Origin: Thermoplasmatota archaeon
GTDB lineage: Archaea > Thermoplasmatota > Thermoplasmata > Thermoplasmatales > ARK-15
Reading direction: 5' to 3'
NCBI GenBank assembly: GCA_031961865.1
Contig: JAVRLB010000002.1
Location: 1-53,970 of the forward strand
Length of the DNA stretch: 53,970 nt
Shown: in pieces, positions 38,508-47,101 of the stretch
How the letters are laid out: every line of letters begins with the position of its first letter
Numbering within the stretch: the stretch's first letter is position 1
Position numbers and translations under genes: made by a program
The notes under the pieces: model-generated
What the model saw: only the letters and a program-made list of their open reading frames with translations
Databases searched by the model: none
Told to the model about the DNA's origin: nothing

Positions 38508-38573
38508 AAAATTTTTTATCTATTATTAACAATTTTTTTTAATAATTCACATATTTTCTATTTTTATAATAGG

Positions 38574-38658
38574 TGCAGGGGGAGGGATTTGAACCCTCGA
38601 AGTCCTACAACACGGGATCTTAAGTCCCGCTCCTTTGGCCAAGCTCGAAAACCCCTGC
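38574..38658 (-). tRNA. tRNA-Leu (anticodon TAA), long variable arm, no encoded CCA
   Basis: Hand-folded: GCAGGGG ... CGGGA-CTTAAGA-TCCCG ... variable arm ... GAGGG-TTCAAAT-CCCTC-CCCCTGC-A. 85 nt. Confidence 0.9.
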
Positions 38659-38871
38659 ATGTGTAGGAAAGCTACTATTTTCAGCCAAAGCATCGATTTT
38701 TCCAAATTATCTAATATGCTGGGTGCTCTATAATCTGCAGATCTGGCACGAACTATGTTCAATTATGATGAGCCTTGAAATATTAAATAGCTTATAAATG
38801 TTTTTATTGGTGAAATTCTGCTCCTCTCCTCAACAGGAGACTCACAGCAGTTCAACTCCAATAGTTCTTTC

Positions 38872-39726
38872 TTATACTTTGATCAGTTTTGGAATATCTG
38901 CCGGATAGTCTGCAACCTTTACATTAGCTTCGTTCAATGCCTTTATCTTGGATTCTGCGGTGCCTTTACCTCTGCTGATTATCGCGCCTGCGTGCCCCAT
39001 TCTTTTTCCTGGCGGTGCACTGCGCCCGGCAATATATGCAACCACATGCTTGTTAAACTCTTTTTTAATATATTCTGCAGCTTCTTCTTCGGCAGTACCA
39101 CCGATCTCGCCGACCATCACTACATGTTTAGTGTCAGGATCATCCTTAAATAGTTTTAGCATATCTAAAAAGCTCAGTCCTACAATTGCATCTCCGCCAA
39201 GTCCTATTACGGTACTTTCACCGAGCCCGCTTTCTGTGATCGCTTTAACAATCTCATATGTAAGCGTACCACTTCTGGAAATTACTGCCACATCACCTTT
39301 CTTGAATATATGGTTCGGCATTATTCCAATCTTCGATTTGAACGGCACTGTGATGCCAGGTCCGTTAGGTCCAATTACTATACCATTCCTTCTTTTTGCA
39401 GTGGCTACAATCTCCATAGAATCGTGCATCGGAACATGTTCGGTCAATATGTAAAATAGCCTCAATCCTGCATCAAACGCTTCATAAAACGCGTCTTTAA
39501 CATAAGGTGCTGGAACCGCAATCATTGTTGCTGTAGGACTCTTGCTCATTGCCTCTTCCACATAATCGAACACTTCTACATTGTTCACTTTCAATCCTTT
39601 TTTGCCGGGTGTTATTCCAGCCACTACATTTGCTCCAAACTTGATCATTTCAGCAGAGTGAAACTCACCCTGATGCCCAGTTATTCCCTGTACTATTATC
39701 CTTGTATTTTCGTCAATCAATACCAT
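38872..39726 (-). CDS. sucD: Succinyl-CoA synthetase alpha subunit
   Basis: 284 aa. SRSGTLTYE and phosphohistidine loop MGHAGAII. Confidence 0.92.
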   Translation of the reverse strand: MVLIDENTRIIVQGITGHQGEFHSAEMIKFGANVVAGITPGKKGLKVNNVEVFDYVEEAMSKSPTATMIAVPAPYVKDAFYEAFDAGLRLFYILTEHVPMHDSMEIVATAKRRNGIVIGPNGPGITVPFKSKIGIMPNHIFKKGDVAVISRSGTLTYEIVKAITESGLGESTVIGLGGDAIVGLSFLDMLKLFKDDPDTKHVVMVGEIGGTAEEEAAEYIKKEFNKHVVAYIAGRSAPPGKRMGHAGAIISRGKGTAESKIKALNEANVKVADYPADIPKLIKV

Positions 39727-40836
39727 TTAGCTCACCTCTTTATCCATTTCAGCCACTTTTTTGACTGCATCTGTCATGTTTGAATATGCGTTTATGCCGT
39801 TCTCTTTTAAAATAGCTCTGCCCTCTTCTTCATGCACACCTGATAATCTTACGATCATAGGTATTGTAACTTTAAAATCATTTTTTGCGGCCACTATTCC
39901 TTTGGCTACTGTATCGCATTTTGTTACCCCTCCGAATATATTCACTAAGATAAGTTTAGGCTTAGCTTTTAATACTAGAGGAAATGCATTTTTTACTATG
40001 TCAATGCTATCAGTTCCTCCAAGGTCCAGAAAATTTCTTGGTTTTAGTTTGTGCAATAATAAAGTATCGAGTGTGGCCATCGTCAATCCTGCTCCGTTAG
40101 CGATTACTCCAACTTCTCCATCCAGTTCTACAAATGCATAATCTTGCGATCTTGCTTCTTTTTCAAGCTCTGTTAAATCTTCTTCGTTTTCCTCGACATC
40201 TTTATGTCTGAATAGAGAGTCAGAATCAATAATAACTTTTGAGTCTGCAGCAATGAGCTTTCCTTCTTTGGTAATGACCAGAGGATTTATCTCTACCAGT
40301 TCTGCATCATATTCTATAAACAACCTGTACAGGTTTGACAGCATTGATGAAAATTGTTTTAAGAGCTGGTCTGTCAATTGTAATTTCCTTCCAATCATGT
40401 TTCCTATAAAAGGGCTGTAGCCAATGAGCGGGTCTATGTTTTTCATTATGATCTTGGAATCTTCAACATTTTCAATTTCTACGCCACCCTCTTTGCTGGC
40501 TATTATTGTTGGAGACTTAGTGCCTCTATCCATCAGGATAGAAATGTATAGTTCTTTGTCTATGTTCAATTTATCTTCTATCAAAACATATTTGACTTTA
40601 GATCCTTTTAATGTGGTATTAAACAGCTCTTTAAGTGCCATTTTTCCAGAGTTCAGATCATTTGCAAATTTTATGCCTCCTGCTTTACCACGGCCACCAA
40701 CCAGAACCTGGGACTTTAGGGCAACGGGGCCGGTTATCTCTTTCAGTTCTTCAGGACTTTTTACCACTGTGCCATTAGGCACTGGAACATTATATTTTTT
40801 AAACAGTGCCTTTCCTTGAAATTCATAAAGTTTCAT
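39727..40836 (-). CDS. sucC: Succinyl-CoA synthetase beta subunit
   Basis: 369 aa. MKLYEFQGKALF ATP-grasp N-terminus. Abuts sucD with no gap. Confidence 0.92.
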   Translation of the reverse strand: MKLYEFQGKALFKKYNVPVPNGTVVKSPEELKEITGPVALKSQVLVGGRGKAGGIKFANDLNSGKMALKELFNTTLKGSKVKYVLIEDKLNIDKELYISILMDRGTKSPTIIASKEGGVEIENVEDSKIIMKNIDPLIGYSPFIGNMIGRKLQLTDQLLKQFSSMLSNLYRLFIEYDAELVEINPLVITKEGKLIAADSKVIIDSDSLFRHKDVEENEEDLTELEKEARSQDYAFVELDGEVGVIANGAGLTMATLDTLLLHKLKPRNFLDLGGTDSIDIVKNAFPLVLKAKPKLILVNIFGGVTKCDTVAKGIVAAKNDFKVTIPMIVRLSGVHEEEGRAILKENGINAYSNMTDAVKKVAEMDKEVS

Positions 40837-40902
40837 CTACGATCACCTTTTTTCTTAAAGAGAAAGATTAATTATTTATTAATGTTTTCATTAATACCAC
40901 CA

Positions 40903-41178
40903 ATGGTAGTAAAAGACAAAATAGGAAGAAAAAGGTATATTGTATCATACTGTAATATGAAAAAGGTGGATTTAGATGACTTTTTAAAAGACGTAACGAG
41001 AAAGTATCAGATAAAAGTAAGCATAATACTATACAATAATGGGTTTAATATATTAAGATGCAAGCATCTGGACAAAGATCGGCTAATTAATATTCTCAAC
41101 ACAAAGAACTTTAAAACATATAAAGCCACGGGAACCGTTAAAAAAGCAAAAGAGATTTTAGCCATGATAAAATATTAA
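40903..41178 (+). CDS. rnp2: RNase P protein component 2 (Rpp14/Pop5-like)
   Basis: KDKIGRKRYIVSY ... GFNILRCKHLDKDRLINILN ... YKATGTVKKAKE follows the Pop5 pattern. The ORF-track TTG start at 40816 overlaps sucC and is rejected. The start is the ATG at 40903 or 40882. Confidence 0.55.
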   Translation: MVVKDKIGRKRYIVSYCNMKKVDLDDFLKDVTRKYQIKVSIILYNNGFNILRCKHLDKDRLINILNTKNFKTYKATGTVKKAKEILAMIKY

Positions 41179-41210
41179 ATATTGTATTCTAATATCAGCA
41201 ACTGTAATAT

Positions 41211-41283
41211 GGCCGGGGTGGGGTAGTGGTTATCCTTGGGGACTGTGGATCCCTAGATCCGGGTTCAACTCCCGGTCCCGGCC
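41211..41283 (+). tRNA. tRNA-His (anticodon GTG) with genomically encoded G-1 opposite discriminator C73; no encoded CCA
   Basis: Hand-folded: G(-1)-GCCGGGG ... GGGGA-CTGTGGA-TCCCT-AGAT-CCGGG-TTCAACT-CCCGG-TCCCGGC-C. Confidence 0.88.
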
Positions 41284-41292
41284 CTAAATTAA

Positions 41293-42009
41293 CTATTTTT
41301 TAAAGAGCATAAAATCTATAAAATGCTTTAAATGCTCTGCAAGAACTGGATTATCAGAGTATCCGCAAGCTTCAAGCTCTGCGTCAGTGATCAGCGCTCT
41401 TTTGCTATCCACTACCATATCTGTTGCGATCAGCTCGTCTCTGTAGTGGACCTCGCAGTTTGGTGGCGCACGCTGAGTTCTTGCAGTGATAATGATGATT
41501 CTCACGTTTCTCAATATTGCGTTTTTGACATTTTTGCTTAAATATTTTTTGATTTCTATCAATTTAGGAGTGGATAATAAAATCTCAGATTCGCTCTGGT
41601 CTATAAACTCTCCAATCTTATTCAATACCTTCGATTTGCCGTAAATAGTATATACGAGCTGTGGCTCTCCTTTTTCAGTAAGAAGATCTTTTAACATTTT
41701 TAATTTGGAAAACATATCTTCTAATTGACGCGTATATCGCTCTTCAAGCCTTTCCAGGTTTTCAGCCTTGAATATTTTAGGTCTGCCATCCACTGCTTTT
41801 ACAAGTCCTTTCTTCTCCAGCGTTTCTAATACTTTGTATGCGGAAGGCCTTGGTATTTTGGCAGTGTCTGCAATTATGTCAGCACTTGACCCATCATGAT
41901 AAATTACGGCCAAAAATGTCTGTGATTCATAAGTAGTAAGTCCTAATATTTTCAAAGTTTTTAAGATAAAATCATACTCTTTTTTTAAGTCTTCCTTAGA
42001 TATATCCAT
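41293..42009 (-). CDS. TrmB-family transcriptional regulator
   Basis: 238 aa. N-terminal wHTH LGLTTYESQTFLAVIYHDGSSADIIADTAKIPRPSAYKVLETLEKKGLV. Confidence 0.8.
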   Translation of the reverse strand: MDISKEDLKKEYDFILKTLKILGLTTYESQTFLAVIYHDGSSADIIADTAKIPRPSAYKVLETLEKKGLVKAVDGRPKIFKAENLERLEERYTRQLEDMFSKLKMLKDLLTEKGEPQLVYTIYGKSKVLNKIGEFIDQSESEILLSTPKLIEIKKYLSKNVKNAILRNVRIIIITARTQRAPPNCEVHYRDELIATDMVVDSKRALITDAELEACGYSDNPVLAEHLKHFIDFMLFKK

Positions 42010-42057
42010 AATATATAAAAAGCGAAAAACATATATAAAAATTGTTATTGTTATAGT

Positions 42058-42975
42058 ATGCGTTGTTCAAGATGTGATAAAGATGCAGTTATTTTTGTAA
42101 GATACAGTGGAGAGCATCTTTGCAAATCTCATTTTATAGAATTTTTAGAGCAGAGAGTAAAAAAAGAGTTTCGTTCACAGGTTAATCTTAAAAAAAATTC
42201 AAAGATTGGCGTTGCTCTTTCTGGTGGCAAAGACAGTTCTGTAACGCTGTTTTTGCTCTCAAAGATATTTAAAGATCGCAAGGATATAAAATTAGTTCCA
42301 ATACTTATAGATGAGGGAATTCAAGGATATAGAGAACTAGCAATTGAATCTGCCAGAAAATTAACAACGAAACTTAATCTGGATCTGAATATCTACAAGT
42401 TTTCAGATTATTTTGATCATACAATAGATCAGATCGCACTCCAGAAAAAAGAGATCTTGCCATGCAGCTACTGTGGTGTATTTAGAAGAAATCTGCTGAA
42501 TATAGCTGCAAAGAAAAACAGTGTTGATTATCTGGCTACCGGACTGAATCTGGATGATACTGCACAGTCAATTATCATGAACATTGCTAGAGGAGATATA
42601 TCCAGACTGGCGAGAATGGGCCCTCACGAAACTGTAAAGGAAGGATTAATACCTAGAATTCAGCCTTTGATCACTATTCCCGAAAGAGAGGTACTTGTTT
42701 ATGCAATATTGAACAATATTGAATTTTATCATGGAGAATGCCCTTATGCTTCGTCAGCAGTAAGAAACGAGTTTAGAGATGCTATAGATACATGGGAGCT
42801 CAGGACCCCGGGTACCAAGCATGCTATTTTGAACAGCTACAATGCTATCAAAAATGTACTGTCAGATAAATATTCAATACCCTCACTGAACGCATGTGAG
42901 CGCTGTGGAGAGCCTACTGCCGGTAAAATCTGCAAAGCATGCGAGCTGCTGGATTCTCTGAAGATAGATCAATAA
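42058..42975 (+). CDS. PP-loop tRNA 2-thiolation enzyme (TtuA/NcsA family)
   Basis: 305 aa. SGGKDS PP-loop. N-terminal CSRC..C..H and C-terminal CERC...CKAC zinc fingers. Central CSYCGVFRR. Confidence 0.78.
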   Translation: MRCSRCDKDAVIFVRYSGEHLCKSHFIEFLEQRVKKEFRSQVNLKKNSKIGVALSGGKDSSVTLFLLSKIFKDRKDIKLVPILIDEGIQGYRELAIESARKLTTKLNLDLNIYKFSDYFDHTIDQIALQKKEILPCSYCGVFRRNLLNIAAKKNSVDYLATGLNLDDTAQSIIMNIARGDISRLARMGPHETVKEGLIPRIQPLITIPEREVLVYAILNNIEFYHGECPYASSAVRNEFRDAIDTWELRTPGTKHAILNSYNAIKNVLSDKYSIPSLNACERCGEPTAGKICKACELLDSLKIDQ

Positions 42976-44303
42976 TTAAACTCTTTCCATCCCAGTTTTC
43001 GAAGCAGTACGTCAGCTGCTGAGTTTATAACATCATAAAGTTCAGAAACAGAGGGGCAGTATGCCAATTCTACGCTACTCAGATCCTGTACAGTCGCTCT
43101 ATTCTTGATCGCCATGGCTATGACGTTTATTTTGTCCGCAGCGTTTTTACCAACTGCCTGTGCCCCAAGCAATCTTCCGTTTTTATCACTTATTAATTTT
43201 AGTGTTAGGCTTTGGCCGCCAGCATAGTCCGGTTTATCAGTTCCCTTAACTCTGCCTGACATGATCTCAAATTTCAGCTTGGCACGTTCTTCTGATAACC
43301 CTGTAGCTGCAATTTCCATGTTTCCGAGCTCTGACACAAATGTGCCATATGCACCGTTATATGTAGCACTGCCGCCGGCAATATTTATTCCGGCCACTAT
43401 TCCCTGCTTAGCTGCAGTAGTGGCAAGCTGCACGACCATGCTACCTTCATCAATGGCATTTTTAGTTATTATCACATCTCCAGCCGCATAAATACATGGA
43501 TCAGAAGTCTTCATTTTATCGTCCACTACCACAAAGTTTTTGAATATAGACACTTTATTTTTTAGCAGCTGGCTGTTTGGAGTTACTCCTGTTGCAAGGA
43601 TAACAAGTTCTGCACTTTTTTTCTGGTCATTGACAACTATTGATTTTTGATCGAGTGCTATCTCTTGAACCTTGCTTTCTAGATAAACGTCAATTCCATT
43701 ATTTTTCAGATATTCTTCTACGATCTGCGCCATATCTGGATCCAGCGCCCTGGGAAAACACTGAGCCAACATCTCGTAAACAGATACTTTGTATCCTCTT
43801 TTTTTCAGTGAAAACGCGATTTCCAGCCCTATTGCGCCGGCACCTATTACTGCTACGTTTGAAACAGTATTTGATTTTAGAAACTCCTCTATTTTCAATC
43901 CGTCTTCTATAGTTTTAAGCACATATACTCCGTTGTTCAGATACTCAGTTATGTTTTTGATAGGTGGAATCATAGGATCTGCACCTGGCGCAAACAGTAA
44001 CTTGTCATAACTCAACGATTTTACAGTTTCATTTTTTAAATCTTTCAGTTTTATGGTTTTATTTAATGGATCCACATCTATAACCTGATGCTCTAACAGA
44101 ACATTGATACGCTTTGTTTTTGGAAATGGATGTTTTAACAGCTCAAAATCAGAGTGGTTTTCTATAATCAGCGGAAGCCCGCAGGGAGAATATGATTCGT
44201 AAGAATGTGCCTCGATGATAGTAACCTCTTCCTCCCTGTTCAGTGCTGTGATCCATCTGGTTGCATAAACTGCTGCAGTACCTAATCCTATTATCACTAT
44301 CAT
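42969..44303 (-). CDS. Pyridine nucleotide-disulfide oxidoreductase of the NADH oxidase / CoA-disulfide reductase type
   Basis: 444 aa. Single redox Cys in SYSPCGLP, two dinucleotide folds (IVIIGLGTAA, VAVIGAGAIG) and AAGDV. Confidence 0.8.
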   Translation of the reverse strand: MIVIIGLGTAAVYATRWITALNREEEVTIIEAHSYESYSPCGLPLIIENHSDFELLKHPFPKTKRINVLLEHQVIDVDPLNKTIKLKDLKNETVKSLSYDKLLFAPGADPMIPPIKNITEYLNNGVYVLKTIEDGLKIEEFLKSNTVSNVAVIGAGAIGLEIAFSLKKRGYKVSVYEMLAQCFPRALDPDMAQIVEEYLKNNGIDVYLESKVQEIALDQKSIVVNDQKKSAELVILATGVTPNSQLLKNKVSIFKNFVVVDDKMKTSDPCIYAAGDVIITKNAIDEGSMVVQLATTAAKQGIVAGINIAGGSATYNGAYGTFVSELGNMEIAATGLSEERAKLKFEIMSGRVKGTDKPDYAGGQSLTLKLISDKNGRLLGAQAVGKNAADKINVIAMAIKNRATVQDLSSVELAYCPSVSELYDVINSAADVLLRKLGWKEFNY

Positions 44304-44392
44304 GTTTTCCGATAATGATGATTGATCTTAAAAATCTTTTTGAGACAAATTTATAAAAAATTTAATAAATCACCATTATTTAATGGAGTTGT

Positions 44393-47101
44393 ATGTCTGA
44401 ACTAAAATTAGAGATTAAATATCCAGATCCCAAGTTTCATAAAAAAACTTGCAAAAAATGCAATGCGGTTTTTTGGACTGTAGACCCAGATCGCGATACT
44501 TGCGGCGAATATCCGTGCGATGATTATTCATTTATAGATCATCCAGTAACAGACCGAAAATACGAATTCTTTGAGATGTTAGATAAATTTTATGAGTTTT
44601 TTTCAGCGCATGGGCACACTGTAATAAACAGGTATCCAGTAGTTGCAAGATGGAGAAAGGACGTTTTGCTTGTAAATGCATCTATTTATGATTTTCAGCC
44701 ATTTGTAACTTCTGGGTTGATTCCTCCACCTGCAAATCCTCTAATTGTAGGACAGCCATGCATCAGAATGGTTGATGTTGATGATGTAGGAAAGACGGGC
44801 AGGCATCTTACAAGCTTTATAATGGTAGGGCACCATGCTTTTAATTATCCAGATCACAAAGTTTACTGGACTGACCAGACTGTTAAATATTCATATGAGT
44901 TTTTAGTAGATATTTTAAAAATAGACCCAAAAAAGATAACGTACAAAGAAAATCCCTGGAGTGGAGGTGGCAATGGTGGTTTTGCTCTTGAGGTTATTGT
45001 TGCAGGGTTAGAAGTGGCAACACTGGTATTCATGAATTTGAAAGAGGATGAGCATGGAGAATTTGAGATAGAGGGAAAAAAGTATTCTAAAATGGATATG
45101 AATATTGTAGATACTGGCTATGGCCTGGAGAGGTTTGTTTGGGCTTCAAAAGGTTCTCCATCAATATTTGATGCTGTGTACGAAGATATTTTAGAAAAAT
45201 TGCTGGCATTGGTAAATATAAAAATTGACGAGACATATAATGAGATTGTAAAACAGTATGTTCATTTTGGAAAAAATGAACGGCTGGAAGAGGCTGTTTA
45301 TCAAGATTTAAAGGCGAAAGGATTTAAAATAGACAAAAAAACAGTAAGTGAAATGCTATTTAAAATAAAAAAGACGCATATATTAGTAGATCATAGCAGA
45401 ACCGTACTTTTCATGTTAAATGATGGAATAGTGCCTTCAAATGTTAAAGCAGGATATCTTGCACGATTATTGATAAGAAAAAGTTTTAGAGCTCTTGAAG
45501 ATCTTGGTGTTTCAACATCTTTTTCAGAGATAGTATTATGGCAATTTGAAAAATTTAAGAACATGTTGGATCCTGCGATGAAAAATACGATTATTGAGAT
45601 CTTAGACAATGAAAAGCAAAAATACACAGAACTCATAAATCGTGGAAAGTCGCTGATTGAAAGAGAGATAAAAAAGAAAAAGATAGGATTAGAAGATCTT
45701 GTAGAACTTTATGACTCATATGGTTTAACCCCCGAATTTGTAGCTTCCTATGCATCTAGCCTCGGTACGGTGATAGAGGTTCCAGATAATTTTCATTCTC
45801 TTGTAGCCTCCCGCCATGAAAAGAATATAGAATTAGAGCAAGAAAAGCAGAGAGTGTTCAATCTTCCAGACACCGTTCCATTGTATTACAATGATGCCTA
45901 CCTTCGAAAGTTTAATGCAAAAGTGATATATTGCCAAAATAACGAGCTTGTTCTAGATCAAACAGCGTTTTATCCAGAAGGTGGCGGCCAGCCTGCAGAT
46001 TGGGGATATATAATATTCAATAATGAAAATATCAAAGTTTTAGATGTTCAAAAATATGGAAAAGTGATAGTGCACAAAATAGAAAAAAACGTGCCTGTGA
46101 ATTCGGAGGTGACAGGCATAATAGATTCAGAACGGAGAGATCAGCTTATGCGAAGCCACAGTGCCACGCATGTACTGTTAAGTGCAGCCAGAACCGTACT
46201 TGGAAAACATGTTTGGCAGGCTGGTGCACAGAAAGGGGTAACAGAATCAAGATTGGATATAACGCACTTTAAAAAGATCAGTTTCGAAGAGTTGAGAGCT
46301 ATAGAGAGAGAGGCCCTGAATATTATATTGCAGGACATTAAGCTAGAAATAAAATATATGGATCGAGAAAAAGCTGAAAAGGAGTTTGGTTTTAAACTTT
46401 ATGAGGGAGGAATACCCACAGACAAAACAATCAGAGTGGTAAAGATCGGAGATTATGATGTGGAAGGGTGTGGAGGTATGCATGTAAAAAGCACTGGCGA
46501 GATTGGTTTGATCAAAATAATAAGAGAAGAGAGAATTCAAGATGGTATCTCGAGAATCACTTTTACTGCCGGTAAAAGTGCTCTGAATTACATAGCCGAC
46601 ATGGAGAGAATATTGAAAAGTGCAAGTGAACAGCTAAAGACAGATTACAAAGATATGAATTTGAAGCTAGATAGCATTCTTGAAGAGTGGAAAGCCCAGA
46701 AAAAAGAGATTGCCAGATTGAGCGAGATTGAGAACCAATTTGTGATCAGATCCATTCTTGAATCTTCAAAAACTGTTAAAAATCAAAAAATTGCAGCAAG
46801 TATATTAAAAGATAGAAGCTTGAACCTGGTTTCTATCGCGAGAGATCTAAATAAAGAACCTACACTTACATACTTCATTGTTAACAGTGCAGATTCAAAA
46901 CTATCATTTGTAGCCGGGTCTAAAAACATAGATGTGGAAAACATCATAAAGTCATTTGCTAAAGATGTTTCTGGCACCTTCAAGAAAGTTGAAAATTTTT
47001 ATATAGGATCAGGGAAGGATAACAGCAATATTGATAAACTAGTGGATATTGTTCAGCTTCATCTGGTTAAAGCTGTGGATCTAAATGAACGAAACGGATG
47101 A
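44393..47101 (+). CDS. alaS: Alanyl-tRNA synthetase, archaeal type
   Basis: 902 aa. Editing-domain motifs SHSATHVL and CGGMHV. Typical archaeal N-terminal layout. Confidence 0.93.
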   Translation: MSELKLEIKYPDPKFHKKTCKKCNAVFWTVDPDRDTCGEYPCDDYSFIDHPVTDRKYEFFEMLDKFYEFFSAHGHTVINRYPVVARWRKDVLLVNASIYDFQPFVTSGLIPPPANPLIVGQPCIRMVDVDDVGKTGRHLTSFIMVGHHAFNYPDHKVYWTDQTVKYSYEFLVDILKIDPKKITYKENPWSGGGNGGFALEVIVAGLEVATLVFMNLKEDEHGEFEIEGKKYSKMDMNIVDTGYGLERFVWASKGSPSIFDAVYEDILEKLLALVNIKIDETYNEIVKQYVHFGKNERLEEAVYQDLKAKGFKIDKKTVSEMLFKIKKTHILVDHSRTVLFMLNDGIVPSNVKAGYLARLLIRKSFRALEDLGVSTSFSEIVLWQFEKFKNMLDPAMKNTIIEILDNEKQKYTELINRGKSLIEREIKKKKIGLEDLVELYDSYGLTPEFVASYASSLGTVIEVPDNFHSLVASRHEKNIELEQEKQRVFNLPDTVPLYYNDAYLRKFNAKVIYCQNNELVLDQTAFYPEGGGQPADWGYIIFNNENIKVLDVQKYGKVIVHKIEKNVPVNSEVTGIIDSERRDQLMRSHSATHVLLSAARTVLGKHVWQAGAQKGVTESRLDITHFKKISFEELRAIEREALNIILQDIKLEIKYMDREKAEKEFGFKLYEGGIPTDKTIRVVKIGDYDVEGCGGMHVKSTGEIGLIKIIREERIQDGISRITFTAGKSALNYIADMERILKSASEQLKTDYKDMNLKLDSILEEWKAQKKEIARLSEIENQFVIRSILESSKTVKNQKIAASILKDRSLNLVSIARDLNKEPTLTYFIVNSADSKLSFVAGSKNIDVENIIKSFAKDVSGTFKKVENFYIGSGKDNSNIDKLVDIVQLHLVKAVDLNERNG

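Noticed and set aside
35860-38573. Possible integrated element next to the tRNA-Leu 3' end
   Set aside because: There is no integrase, no direct repeat of the tRNA 3' segment (no GGGATTTGAACCC-like copy in 35.7-38.5 kb), and no visible compositional break.
38547-38762. 71-aa ORF in the track on the minus strand
   Set aside because: It runs straight through the tRNA-Leu(TAA) gene (38574-38658) on the same strand. The translation is an artefact of the GC-rich tRNA sequence.
38823-38838. Hairpin TCTCCT-CAAC-AGGAGA just downstream of the sucD stop, as a terminator
   Set aside because: On the minus-strand transcript it is not followed by an oligo-T run, and a 6-bp stem alone is weak evidence. 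Not reported as a feature.
38765-38840. ATGATGA in the tRNA-Leu / sucD gap, and ATGATGA at 44315 upstream of alaS
   Set aside because: No consensus D or D' box at 11-12 nt spacing and no terminal stem. These are probably chance occurrences in AT-rich DNA.
40816-40902. Long TTG-initiated form of the Pop5-like ORF. The same applies to the 36429 TTG start of the RmlD-like ORF.
   Set aside because: The extensions overlap the divergent sucC start, or the upstream hydrolase, and add non-homologous residues. Downstream ATGs give family-typical N-termini.
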